From positions 223,557 to 287,556 of the forward strand of contig MFAS01000001.1 in the NCBI GenBank assembly GCA_001774685.1: a stretch of DNA of 64,000 nt, read 5' to 3'. Shown piece by piece: positions 16,925-26,415 of this stretch. This DNA comes from Candidatus Collierbacteria bacterium RIFOXYD2_FULL_45_13 (GTDB lineage: Bacteria > Patescibacteriota > Microgenomatia > UBA1400 > MFAQ01). The stretch's first letter is position 1. Every line of letters starts with the position of its first letter. The notes under the pieces are model-generated. The model saw nothing but the letters and a program-made list of their open reading frames with translations. It did not search any database and was not told the origin of the DNA. The translations under genes and the position numbers were made by a program.

Positions 16925-17587
16925 ATGGAAGTCCGCCTGGAAAAATCATGGAAAAACCTACTTAAAGATGAGTTTGAAAAACCGTATTTCAAAGATTTAT
17001 CCTCATTTGTCCGCCACGAGTACCAATCCGGCACTGTCTATCCACCCCCCAAGTATATTTTTAACGCCCTTGATAGTCTGCCGGTAGACCGGGTGAAGGT
17101 CGTGATTCTCGGCCAAGATCCCTATCACGGACAGGGACAGGCTCACGGCCTCTCCTTTTCGGTTCCGGAGGGTATTGCTCCACCCCCATCTCTTAAAAAC
17201 ATATACAAAGAAATTGAAACCGATCTCGGGCACCCGCGTCATGCTTCCGGCAATCTCGACCGCTGGGTCAAACAGGGAGTACTCCTTCTCAACGCCACTC
17301 TTACCGTTCGGGCCAATCAGGCAGGGTCTCACCAGAACAAAGGCTGGGAAACTCTAACCGACGCTATCATTCGTGAGCTAGCTAACAAAAAAGACAATCT
17401 GGTCTTCATTCTCTGGGGAAACTATGCCCAAAAAAAAGGCTCTATTATTGATGCAGACAAACACTTGGTTCTCAAATCCCCCCACCCTTCTCCGTTTTCT
17501 GCACACTCCGGTTTTTTTGGTAGCCGCCCATTTTCCCAAGCCAACCATTATCTGGTTGAGCAGGGCCAAACGCCAATTGACTGGTGA
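16925..17587 (+). CDS. ung: Uracil-DNA glycosylase (family 1)
   Basis: Family 1 motifs: GQDPYHGQGQAHGLSFSV (water-activating loop), LLLNATLTVR, HPSPFS. Confidence 0.9.
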   Translation: MEVRLEKSWKNLLKDEFEKPYFKDLSSFVRHEYQSGTVYPPPKYIFNALDSLPVDRVKVVILGQDPYHGQGQAHGLSFSVPEGIAPPPSLKNIYKEIETDLGHPRHASGNLDRWVKQGVLLLNATLTVRANQAGSHQNKGWETLTDAIIRELANKKDNLVFILWGNYAQKKGSIIDADKHLVLKSPHPSPFSAHSGFFGSRPFSQANHYLVEQGQTPIDW

Positions 17588-17593
17588 CCTCGG

Positions 17594-18058
17594 TTATTTG
17601 TAGTAGCCCTTCACTTGGAACAGTAAGTAAAGAGAGAGTAGGGATCCGATAATCAACCCGAACAACTGCATGGTAATGAGTGAGTAGATGGCATTTAGAA
17701 GCACTGAGTAAAAAACGTAGTTCCAGCCAACCATCGACCTCTTGAAAAGTCCCGGTATGGCCAGAATCATCAGCACTAGTCCGGCAATGAGAAAAAGCGA
17801 GGCGATAGAGAAACCATATCCCGTTCCCGCGGCAACATAGCCTCCGTAAGGAGTTCCATACATCATCGCATTGAATCCGAACAAAGCAAAAATCGCCGGT
17901 AATGTAAAAATGGCTCCAATCACCTCCAACCAAGGTGCGACACTGACAATAATATCCTTAACATTCTTGGGCAGTGCCGGAGCTTTCTTTACAAGATACA
18001 AATCCAACTTCTCAATCAATCCCTCCATATTCTTTAGATAATTATTAACTAACTTCAT
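17594..18058 (-). CDS. Integral membrane protein (hypothetical)
   Basis: 154 aa with four TM helices. Confidence 0.4.
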   Translation of the reverse strand: MKLVNNYLKNMEGLIEKLDLYLVKKAPALPKNVKDIIVSVAPWLEVIGAIFTLPAIFALFGFNAMMYGTPYGGYVAAGTGYGFSIASLFLIAGLVLMILAIPGLFKRSMVGWNYVFYSVLLNAIYSLITMQLFGLIIGSLLSLYLLFQVKGYYK

Positions 18059-18113
18059 TCTATCAGCTCAACTTGATATCTTCTGAAAGATTTAAAGCGT
18101 TAAAATTACCGAA

Positions 18114-18407
18114 ATGGAAAATATTCACCGGAGGGGACATGAGAGATTTACCTTTTCCGGACAAGGAACTGTTTATTCTTTTACGGTCATCTACGAGGCT
18201 CCAGCTGGCTTTGAACAGTTTGTCCCTTACGCTCTTGCCTTGATAAAGCTTGAGGAGGGTCCCCTGGTCACTGCACAGATTACCGACACCGATCTCGATA
18301 AAATCTATATTGGCATGCCTGTAGAAATGGTTACTCGACTCTTGAGCGAAGACGGTGATCGTGGACTAAGGCACTACGGTTATAAATTCCGTTCACCGGT
18401 CATCTAA
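18114..18407 (+). CDS. DUF35-like OB-fold protein (N-terminal Zn ribbon apparently absent)
   Basis: GQGTVYSFTVIY...PYALALIKLEEGPLVTAQI...IYIGMPVEMV...YGYKFRSP matches the OB-fold module of DUF35 proteins that normally accompany thiolase/HMG-CoA synthase. Confidence 0.45.
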   Translation: MENIHRRGHERFTFSGQGTVYSFTVIYEAPAGFEQFVPYALALIKLEEGPLVTAQITDTDLDKIYIGMPVEMVTRLLSEDGDRGLRHYGYKFRSPVI

Positions 18408-18460
18408 CAAATCTGACAACAGACGTGGTAAATCATACAGTCTGGTGATAACATCAAGGA

Positions 18461-18715
18461 ATGTCAAAGATAAAAAGCCTGCACGGTAAGTGTAGCAATC
18501 ATTGCAAAGACGGTTTTACCCTGTTTGTTAACGATAAGGAATGTGCTTGTATTGTCAAAGACTTTCCTTTTCTGAAAATCGTCAATACAGACTCCGAGAT
18601 AGTTGGTAAGAAAAAGAAAACCTTCCACGTCATCAAGTGCAATCGGTTAGACACTGACGGTCACTGTTCTGAGATACCTCAAAACGCCCCAGCCTGGTGC
18701 AAAATAAAGGACTAA
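18461..18715 (+). CDS. Small Cys-rich hypothetical protein
   Basis: 84 aa with 8 Cys residues and no signal peptide. Confidence 0.3.
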   Translation: MSKIKSLHGKCSNHCKDGFTLFVNDKECACIVKDFPFLKIVNTDSEIVGKKKKTFHVIKCNRLDTDGHCSEIPQNAPAWCKIKD

Positions 18716-19572
18716 AGCCACTTGAAATAACTCCCCGGAAAACTAACTAACTCTCCCCCAAAACGTCTCTTGAATTCTGTGAAACCCAACCATCTTTTTT
18801 GAGGCCAACGTTCATCAAATACTCCTTCCAAATCAAAGAACTTGATTCCTCTTGACTTCGCTCTCAATATCTCGTCCCACACCAATTTATAATGTGCTCC
18901 GGACTTGCGGCCCTCATCGCTTGTCCACGTCTGATAATAGTTCGCACAGTCGGCACTGTAAATAATCAATAAGCCTGAGTGATAAGTTTTATCCGTTCTG
19001 CTTACCACCAATCTGGCTTTTCCCTTGAACCTTTTGACCAAACTCCCGAGCTCCTTTTTTTTCATGGTCCAGACCTTGCTGTTTTTTTTCCATAACTCAA
19101 AAAACTTTTTTTGGTCACATTCCTCAACCAGAGTACCCCTATTCTTCTTAACGTGTCTTTTGGCATTTTCGGACAAATTATTCCAAAGCACTTTTTCGCT
19201 TTTAGTCAAATCCAGAATGAAAGTATTTGTTGCCAGATATGGAAATCTACTCAGCTTATACCCCGCCATCTTGAACCCCAGCTCATCTTGCACTCTAATC
19301 GGTTCGATAATTGAAGAGACTGTTTTTAGCTTTCTTTTAATTTTTCTTAATTCTGTCCAGTTTGGATCGTAAGAGGATCGTTGCAACTTCATCAAGGTGA
19401 AACCAAAGAGTCCCAATGGAACAATAAAGGCATTCATCTTGTGTCTCTTGTCTTCAGATGGAATTGAGACAACCTTCCACCCTTTATCCCTTAGATAGCC
19501 GGCCCACCCCTCTGTTTGTCGGATGTCTTCCATTACTTTCTCAATTTCGCCAGTAATTTTAAAGCTGACCAT
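18712..19572 (-). CDS. FemAB-family peptidoglycan bridge aminoacyltransferase (second paralog)
   Basis: GNAT-like FemAB C-terminal half (YHSGLLIIYSADCANYY...FFDLEGV). It overlaps the upstream FemAB gene. Confidence 0.6.
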   Translation of the reverse strand: MVSFKITGEIEKVMEDIRQTEGWAGYLRDKGWKVVSIPSEDKRHKMNAFIVPLGLFGFTLMKLQRSSYDPNWTELRKIKRKLKTVSSIIEPIRVQDELGFKMAGYKLSRFPYLATNTFILDLTKSEKVLWNNLSENAKRHVKKNRGTLVEECDQKKFFELWKKNSKVWTMKKKELGSLVKRFKGKARLVVSRTDKTYHSGLLIIYSADCANYYQTWTSDEGRKSGAHYKLVWDEILRAKSRGIKFFDLEGVFDERWPQKRWLGFTEFKRRFGGELVSFPGSYFKWL

Positions 19573-20552
19573 CTGAGTCTGTCCGCCAGCATATAGATAC
19601 CGTAAAGTGTTTTGTTTACCACCAGGTCATATGTACCCACAAACTCGGTTAGCTCACCGCCGTACCCCTGTTTGAACCGGTGAAAACCATACCATGGATC
19701 ATTTTTGTCTGGTTCCGGTCCCATACTTCCCCACAGGTCAAACATTTGGCACCCGTGTTTCTTCCCCAGTTTGATAGCTTCCCACATCATTAGGTTACTT
19801 GCCATGACCTCTCTGTTCTCATTACTCGAAGCGCCGTACGGATAATACAACACCCCGTTAAGTTCAAACAGCGCCCAAGTAGTCAGGGTTTTTCCTTCAT
19901 AAATTGCTTTCAGTAAATGTCCTCCACCCTTAACAATCATGGTCTGCCACATTTTCCGGTGATAATTTTTACCGTGGGCAAAAAACTTCTGTCTTCGTGT
20001 TGTTTCTTCGGTCAGTTTCCAGTATTCCTCAAATGCCGGCTCGGAGTTGTCTTCTACTATCTTTACCCCCTTTTTCTCTGCCAGACGGACGTTGTATCTC
20101 GTCTTTTGATTCATTTTTTTAAGAATCTCCTCCTCGCTTTTGGAGATATCTAGCTGAAAAGTATATCTGGTGAACAAAGCCTTGCCGGGTTTGAAATCAT
20201 AAATTCCCGCCAACTCTTTTACCTGTATTCGACTGGACTCCAAATCTCTTTCGTTGGGCTCAAACTTCACCACGATTGCTCCCTTTTGGCTCGCTTCTTT
20301 CATAATCGTTTTCATCGCTTCTGCGTCAGGGATAGCCGATTTTGGACAGTACCCAATATAACTCATTATTTTGGGAATTTTGTGCCAAGTAATCTGATAG
20401 ACTTCTTGGGCTCTTTTATCGTGTTCCTGAATTAATCTCAAAACTTCTACTCCGGTTTGTTTACGGAACTCTCCCCAAGCCCAGGACTGCAGGGGGTGTC
20501 TCGCCAATTTGTCAAAAATTACCTTGTCTTTTTCCGTTGCTTCTCTAATCAC
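19533..20552 (-). CDS. FemAB/FemX-family peptidoglycan bridge aminoacyltransferase
   Basis: N-terminal FLQSWAWGEF motif, FemAB-type twin GNAT folds, and C-terminal YYPYGAS...MFDLWG. Confidence 0.75.
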   Translation of the reverse strand: MIREATEKDKVIFDKLARHPLQSWAWGEFRKQTGVEVLRLIQEHDKRAQEVYQITWHKIPKIMSYIGYCPKSAIPDAEAMKTIMKEASQKGAIVVKFEPNERDLESSRIQVKELAGIYDFKPGKALFTRYTFQLDISKSEEEILKKMNQKTRYNVRLAEKKGVKIVEDNSEPAFEEYWKLTEETTRRQKFFAHGKNYHRKMWQTMIVKGGGHLLKAIYEGKTLTTWALFELNGVLYYPYGASSNENREVMASNLMMWEAIKLGKKHGCQMFDLWGSMGPEPDKNDPWYGFHRFKQGYGGELTEFVGTYDLVVNKTLYGIYMLADRLRWSALKLLAKLRK

Positions 20553-20640
20553 CCCTCTATTCTACCTTCTAAAAGGTTCAAAGCGAATACCGTGGTGCAG
20601 AAGTCTTGCAAGTAACCGCCTCGAACCGAAAGTTGAGCTA

Positions 20641-22584
20641 CTACCAATTATCAATATCCGCAAAATCGTCTTTGACCGCTTCTTCCACTTCCCAATCTTG
20701 AACGATGATTCTTTTCTTCTCCCCAAATTCGTCCACTCCGTCATTGCGAGGAGTATTCGACGTGGCAATCTCACTCCACGTGTTATTTCGGCTCTTGCTG
20801 CGGGCTGTTCGATCTTGAACTTTTTCTAGATATTCCTCCGGTATCTCCGCCAAAAATCTTGAAGGAATGGAAGTGTGTCTGCCACCATAAACCAACCTGG
20901 ATCTGGCAAATGACAGGGTGAGATTTTCTTTCGCCCTTGTCATGGCTACATACATCAGCCTTCTTTCCTCTTCCACTTCTTCCTTGCCTCCTTCAAAGAT
21001 CGATCGGGAATGAGGGAACAGACCTTCTTCCAAGCCCACCACAAATACTTGGGGAAACTCAAGTCCCTTTGCGGCGTGGACCGTCATCAAGGTGATTTTG
21101 GCATTCGATTTTTTTTGCTTGATCTCTGCTTCGGACAAGGCCGCGCTTTCCAGAAATTGAGATACTGTCTCAAATTCACTGGCTACCGCCAGTAGTTCGT
21201 TAATATTCTCAATCCGCGCGGCATCTTCCTCGTCTCTTTCATCAAATTTATCCAAATAGTTTGTCACATTCATTATGTCTTCCAGCAACTGCCCGGGTTT
21301 CGCCTCCATTTTCTTCTCCGTGAGTTTCAAAAGCCATTCATCAAACATCGCCGCCTTTCTTTTGCCAATCTTTTCAATTCTTGTTCGGCTAATCTCCTCT
21401 TTAGGATTGTTCAGCAGACGTAAATAAGCAATCAGATCTTTTACCTCTGCTCGGTTATAGAAACGAAGTCCACCAATTAGTTTGTAAGGGATATCCCTTC
21501 TCAACAACTCATCCTCAAAAGTTCGGGATTGAGCATTCGTCCGATAAAGAATAGCCACTTCTTCATCACGGTCTGAAATTTTTTTGGCGCTACTTATCAC
21601 ATATCTTGCCTCTTCTCGTTCATCCGAAGCTTCAAACAGATAGACCCTCTTCCCCATTTCCCGTTCGGCAGACAGCCTAAGAGTCGGATGACTTACGTTG
21701 TTGCATACTACACTGTAAGCAGCGTCCAGAATATACTGTGTGCTGCGGTAGTTTTTGGGTAGTCCTACGGTCACCAGTTCGGGGTAATTCTCCTCAAACA
21801 GCCTCAGATTCCGGTAATCCGCTCCTCTGAAAGCATATATCGCCTGAGAGGCATCCCCGACAGCCATAATATTTTTCTTCTCACCTGCCAAAAGTTTTGT
21901 TAGCTCAAACTGAGCCTTGTTTGTGTCCTGGTACTCATCTACCAATATCCATTCCAGTTTTTTATTCACTTCGTTTCTTATCCTGTCAATTTTGAGTAAT
22001 TCCACCGCCTTAACCAACAGATCATCAAAATCTACCGCGTTATTTCTGGTAAGTTTTTCCTGATAAGCTTTCCACACCTTAATTAATTGTCGGTAAAAAT
22101 AGTCTTTGGCGTTTTCCTCTGCCCTTTTTTCCGACATCAAGTCATTCTTCATCTTGCTGATGAGCGCCAAAAACATACCTGGCTTGTTTTGTTTGGGATC
22201 AATGGATAGAGCCTTTAATACTTCTTTCATGGCCGACTCGGAATCATCACTATCAAAAATCACAAAATTCGGGTTTACTCCTACGCTCAACCCGAAAATT
22301 CTTAACAGTTTGGCACACAAAGTATGAAACGTCCCCGAGAATCCCAACTCAATTTTCCCCGCCCCCATTTTCTTGATTCTTTCCTTCATCTCCCCGGCCG
22401 CTTTGTTTGTAAAGGTCAGCAAGGCAATTTTGTCTGGCCCTATGCCCATTTTTTTTATCAACCACGCTGCGCGGTGGGTGAGCACCCTCGTCTTTCCCGA
22501 ACCGGCACCAGCCATAACCAGAATCGGCCCCTCCTTGTGAGTTACCGCCATCAGCTGTTCTTTATTTAATCCATTTTCTTCCAC
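20641..22584 (-). CDS. pcrA: ATP-dependent DNA helicase PcrA/UvrD
   Basis: All SF1A motifs: GAGSGKTRVLT, DEYQDTN, GDASQAIYAFRGAD, VHAAKGLEF, YVAMTRAKE. Confidence 0.85.
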   Translation of the reverse strand: MEENGLNKEQLMAVTHKEGPILVMAGAGSGKTRVLTHRAAWLIKKMGIGPDKIALLTFTNKAAGEMKERIKKMGAGKIELGFSGTFHTLCAKLLRIFGLSVGVNPNFVIFDSDDSESAMKEVLKALSIDPKQNKPGMFLALISKMKNDLMSEKRAEENAKDYFYRQLIKVWKAYQEKLTRNNAVDFDDLLVKAVELLKIDRIRNEVNKKLEWILVDEYQDTNKAQFELTKLLAGEKKNIMAVGDASQAIYAFRGADYRNLRLFEENYPELVTVGLPKNYRSTQYILDAAYSVVCNNVSHPTLRLSAEREMGKRVYLFEASDEREEARYVISSAKKISDRDEEVAILYRTNAQSRTFEDELLRRDIPYKLIGGLRFYNRAEVKDLIAYLRLLNNPKEEISRTRIEKIGKRKAAMFDEWLLKLTEKKMEAKPGQLLEDIMNVTNYLDKFDERDEEDAARIENINELLAVASEFETVSQFLESAALSEAEIKQKKSNAKITLMTVHAAKGLEFPQVFVVGLEEGLFPHSRSIFEGGKEEVEEERRLMYVAMTRAKENLTLSFARSRLVYGGRHTSIPSRFLAEIPEEYLEKVQDRTARSKSRNNTWSEIATSNTPRNDGVDEFGEKKRIIVQDWEVEEAVKDDFADIDNW

Positions 22585-22636
22585 TCAAATATTGTATTTC
22601 ATTCTAAATCACTCCACATCTTGAGTTTTTGAGTTC

Positions 22637-23359
22637 TTGAGTTTTTTTGCATATATAATCAACATAGTGAAATACGTCATTGGCAACTGGAAAAGCAACC
22701 AAAACATCACCGAATCACTAATATGGCTCGACGGCATCTCCGCTTTGCGTCCCAAGTTCTCTCCCGACATCACAGTCATCCTCTGCCTTCCTTTTACCGA
22801 TATCGCCGCCTTCAACCAACGTTTGGCAGATATCGGCCTTCCGATCATCACCGGTTCCCAGAACGTCTCACATCTCCCGCCGGGCAAACACACCGGAGAG
22901 ATAACCGCCAACATGCTTGGTGAACTGGTTAGCTACTGTATCGTGGGTCATTCCGAGCGGCGTCACGACTTTAAAGAAACCTCTGAGGTAGTCGCCCAAA
23001 AGACCCGCTTGCTTCTAGAAAACTCTATCATCCCTATCGTTTGTCTTGACCTTCCATACTTGGACGAACAGATTAAGGCCCTGTTCAGTCTCGATGTCGA
23101 CGTTTCCCGTTGTTTTTTCGTCTACGAACCCATCGCCGCCATTGGAACTGGAAAACCTGTCGATCCTGTAGACGCCAACCACATAGCCGGCCAAATCGCT
23201 TTCCTGACAGATAATACAGCCCCCATTCTTTATGGAGGTTCTGTTTCCCAAGACAACGTCGACTCTTTTGTCAGCCAAAGTAAAATCGATGGAGTTCTGG
23301 TGGGCACCGACAGTCTGGAGCCGACCCTCTTCGCCGGCATTATCAGCAGCCTTTCTTAA
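22637..23359 (+). CDS. tpiA: Triosephosphate isomerase
   Basis: NWKSN near the N-terminus, CIVGHSERR, and YEPIAAIGTGK. Confidence 0.85.
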   Translation: MSFFAYIINIVKYVIGNWKSNQNITESLIWLDGISALRPKFSPDITVILCLPFTDIAAFNQRLADIGLPIITGSQNVSHLPPGKHTGEITANMLGELVSYCIVGHSERRHDFKETSEVVAQKTRLLLENSIIPIVCLDLPYLDEQIKALFSLDVDVSRCFFVYEPIAAIGTGKPVDPVDANHIAGQIAFLTDNTAPILYGGSVSQDNVDSFVSQSKIDGVLVGTDSLEPTLFAGIISSLS

Positions 23360-23365
23360 GTCAAC

Positions 23366-24436
23366 ATGAAACTTCGCCACGTGCGTCCAGTTCGTCTTGT
23401 CATCAAGCTATTTTCCCAAATTCGAGCCCACCTCTGGTTATTTATTCTTTCTTTTATTCTTGTCTCATTTTCAGTCCTTTCCCTAATTGGCTACCGCTTT
23501 CTTTTGAGACACAATGTTAATCCGCAGGATCTTCTTAGTTTTTTTGGCACACCCGTTGAAAACATGGACAGTACCAATGGAATAACAAACTTTTTGATTT
23601 TAGGGATAAGGGGGGAGGGCGGTGACTCTCCCGATTTAACTGACACCATCATGGTTATCTCTTACAATCACGGCAATAAAACTCCCACCATTGTCAGCGT
23701 ACCGCGCGATCTCTGGGTCCCATCGCTAAAGGCCAAGATAAATACCGCCTTTTTCTACGGAGAAGAGGCAAGTCCCGGAGCCGGTATAAATATGGCACAA
23801 GCAGCCATCTTGGAAGATTTGGGCATGCCAATAAACTATACGGCTGTTATTAACTTTTCTCTTTTTCAACAGGCAGTTGATCTGGTCGGAGGTGTCGACG
23901 TAGACGTCAGCCCCGGTTTTACCGATACGGAATTTCCCATACCTGGCCGAGAAAAGGCTCTTCCCGTATCCTCCCGTTACGAAACAATTATTTTCAATCA
24001 AGGCATCAACCATTTTAACGGCACCACTGCTCTCAAATTTGTCCGATCACGTCACGCTGAGGGTGACGAGGGAACTGATTTTTCCCGTTCCCGGCGCCAG
24101 CAGCAAGTGATTTCCTCACTTCGCCAGAAGATCCTCACCCCCTCCTTTCTTCTTGATCAGCAGAGAGTCGACAGTCTTTTTGATATCGTCAATGTCAATC
24201 TTATAACCAATATTCCTTCAAAACTCTACCCAACCCTTGCCAAACTAGCTCTCGATACCAAAGATAGTCCTGTGGGATCGATTACTCTAGCCACTACCCC
24301 GGATGAAAATGGTGTCACCATTCTGTATAACCCTCCGACCTTCAAGTATGGCGGAGAGTGGGTTCTCGTTCCCAAAGATAACAACTGGAACGCTCTTAAA
24401 CAATATATCAAAAACCACCTCACCCCTACTCAATAA
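23366..24436 (+). CDS. LytR-CpsA-Psr (LCP) family cell-wall glycopolymer transferase
   Basis: N-terminal TM helix, then FLILGIRGEGGDSPDLTDTIMVISYN...SVPRDLWV (LCP core). Confidence 0.8.
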   Translation: MKLRHVRPVRLVIKLFSQIRAHLWLFILSFILVSFSVLSLIGYRFLLRHNVNPQDLLSFFGTPVENMDSTNGITNFLILGIRGEGGDSPDLTDTIMVISYNHGNKTPTIVSVPRDLWVPSLKAKINTAFFYGEEASPGAGINMAQAAILEDLGMPINYTAVINFSLFQQAVDLVGGVDVDVSPGFTDTEFPIPGREKALPVSSRYETIIFNQGINHFNGTTALKFVRSRHAEGDEGTDFSRSRRQQQVISSLRQKILTPSFLLDQQRVDSLFDIVNVNLITNIPSKLYPTLAKLALDTKDSPVGSITLATTPDENGVTILYNPPTFKYGGEWVLVPKDNNWNALKQYIKNHLTPTQ

Positions 24437-24450
24437 CCACGTTCGTCCTC

Positions 24451-26412
24451 TTAGGGCGTCACTTTTAATAAATAAGTATCTCCACTCTTAAAAACCTTTT
24501 TACCCAAAGAAAGCAGAATCTCTTCGTTTACTTTGTACATCCCCCGCTCATCATCACCTACCACAATCCACCCGACATTATATTTTTTGAGCAATATCCT
24601 GACCTTGCGAATGTCCGGCTCTTCGTAAATACTCCTGACATCGGCCTCTCTTAGTGACACCGTTTCGTATCCGCCTCTCCAAAGCCACTCGTGTACTCTC
24701 CAACCCTGAATTGTTGGTACACCGGAAAATACTGAGATGGCATTGAAAAATGTATAACTATCCCCAACCGCCTCGACCATATTTCTATTATCCTGATTGC
24801 TCCTCAAATAACTAATTACGGCATATCTGTCTGGCATTGACGTTTTCAACCATTTCTCGCCATCTAGCCCTGAATAAGTTTTAAAGTTTCCGTAGAAGTT
24901 TGGGAAAGCCACCGTTGGAAAAACCATAGTTCCGACAAAAATTGCCCCAGCTATTAATATCGAAGGCCACCTCCACCACCAGGCCAGTTTGTTTTCCGGA
25001 TCAAAGAGTTTCCCCAACACGCCTCCTGTCAACAATCCAATCATGATGGATGCTTGATAGGTCAGCTTAAACATCGTATTCGCTCTGGCGTGATCCGGAT
25101 AGATATCTTTTGCATAGACAAGCTCAGGGATAATAATTAATAGGACAACACATACGGCCAGACTCCATATGGGCAGTCTCAGGCGACCTCTCTTTTCTGA
25201 GAGCACGGCAATCAGACTTATTATCAGTCCCCCGGACCACAGTACCGCCAATTGCCACAATGGAGATCTTTCTTGAACCATCTTGATTCCGTTAGAGATG
25301 GATTGAAAACTCAGAAACCAGGGAAGTGAGGTTAGTACCATGAATAGAAGCATCACTCCGGCTGCCTTAATTAGTCTAATTAGGTTTGTCGGCTCGCCCA
25401 ACACCATCATTAGCCCCATGATTATCATTAACAATCCATAGACCGCCACATCCCAAGTATTTGTCATCATCATTACCCCAAACAAGACTCCCATCATTAT
25501 CTCGTCAAGCAGCCTCTTGGAACTCAGCCAGTGAAGAACAATTAAGATAAAGGCCAGGACAATCGGTAAATCAATGAGGTGACCATGTAGATCGGCCACC
25601 ACAAAGCTATACCCCGGGAACTCATGGATCGTGTTGTGAATAAATCTGGTGGCATCGGCATACCAGTAGTCGGACAAACCTCTATGACTAAGTAAATACC
25701 AGACAACGTGAGTATTCCCCGCCATTACAGTGGCAAAAGCACCAACCAACCCTCCAATCATTCCCGTGGCATGTTTCTTGGCACCGCTCAGAATAAATGA
25801 GACGGAAAAAGCGAGAGACAGTGACAGCCCGGCAATAAAGGCCAGAACTAAGTTGTATCCCACAGTCGGGGAAGTTCCAAAGTATCTGATCACCACGCTA
25901 CCCCAATAGTGTCCAAAGGAATAATAGTTGATTGTTTTCCCGGCCTGCCACATGTCGGCTGCCGGAAGTGTCGGCGACAATAGATATTGGTTTACAAACC
26001 CAAAATCCATGAATTTTTCCAAACTATCTATCTGCGGTAAAAAGCTCCTAACTATTGCTATACCAAATAGTCCCACAATGAATAGATATTCTTCAACGAC
26101 AACAACCTTTAGTGTCTCTCTGGAGACCATCAAGCTACGAAGACCCCCGCCTTTGATCATTAACCAAATATTCACACCCACCAAACCAAGAGTCGTCATC
26201 CAGAGACCCGTGTTGGTATTTACCGGCAGACCCAAATTTGCCGTTTCCCAAATAACAAGTGCCGCCATCAGGGTAGTTATTAAACGAGACAGGGGGTAAC
26301 CAACATCGGGCAGTCTACCAAATAATTTTTTGGTCAAAGGCAAACTAATCAGCTGCAGTAAAAGACTAACCAGATAAACTCTCAAAATGGTTTGTACATC
26401 AGAAACTGGCAT
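24451..26412 (-). CDS. Large polytopic membrane protein with a C-terminal soluble domain (GT-C/PMT-like or DUF2298-like; function uncertain)
   Basis: At least 14 TM helices followed by about 170 aa of soluble C-terminus. It is separated by 4 nt from the glf-like gene. Confidence 0.5.
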   Translation of the reverse strand: MPVSDVQTILRVYLVSLLLQLISLPLTKKLFGRLPDVGYPLSRLITTLMAALVIWETANLGLPVNTNTGLWMTTLGLVGVNIWLMIKGGGLRSLMVSRETLKVVVVEEYLFIVGLFGIAIVRSFLPQIDSLEKFMDFGFVNQYLLSPTLPAADMWQAGKTINYYSFGHYWGSVVIRYFGTSPTVGYNLVLAFIAGLSLSLAFSVSFILSGAKKHATGMIGGLVGAFATVMAGNTHVVWYLLSHRGLSDYWYADATRFIHNTIHEFPGYSFVVADLHGHLIDLPIVLAFILIVLHWLSSKRLLDEIMMGVLFGVMMMTNTWDVAVYGLLMIIMGLMMVLGEPTNLIRLIKAAGVMLLFMVLTSLPWFLSFQSISNGIKMVQERSPLWQLAVLWSGGLIISLIAVLSEKRGRLRLPIWSLAVCVVLLIIIPELVYAKDIYPDHARANTMFKLTYQASIMIGLLTGGVLGKLFDPENKLAWWWRWPSILIAGAIFVGTMVFPTVAFPNFYGNFKTYSGLDGEKWLKTSMPDRYAVISYLRSNQDNRNMVEAVGDSYTFFNAISVFSGVPTIQGWRVHEWLWRGGYETVSLREADVRSIYEEPDIRKVRILLKKYNVGWIVVGDDERGMYKVNEEILLSLGKKVFKSGDTYLLKVTP

Positions 26413-26415
26413 TAA

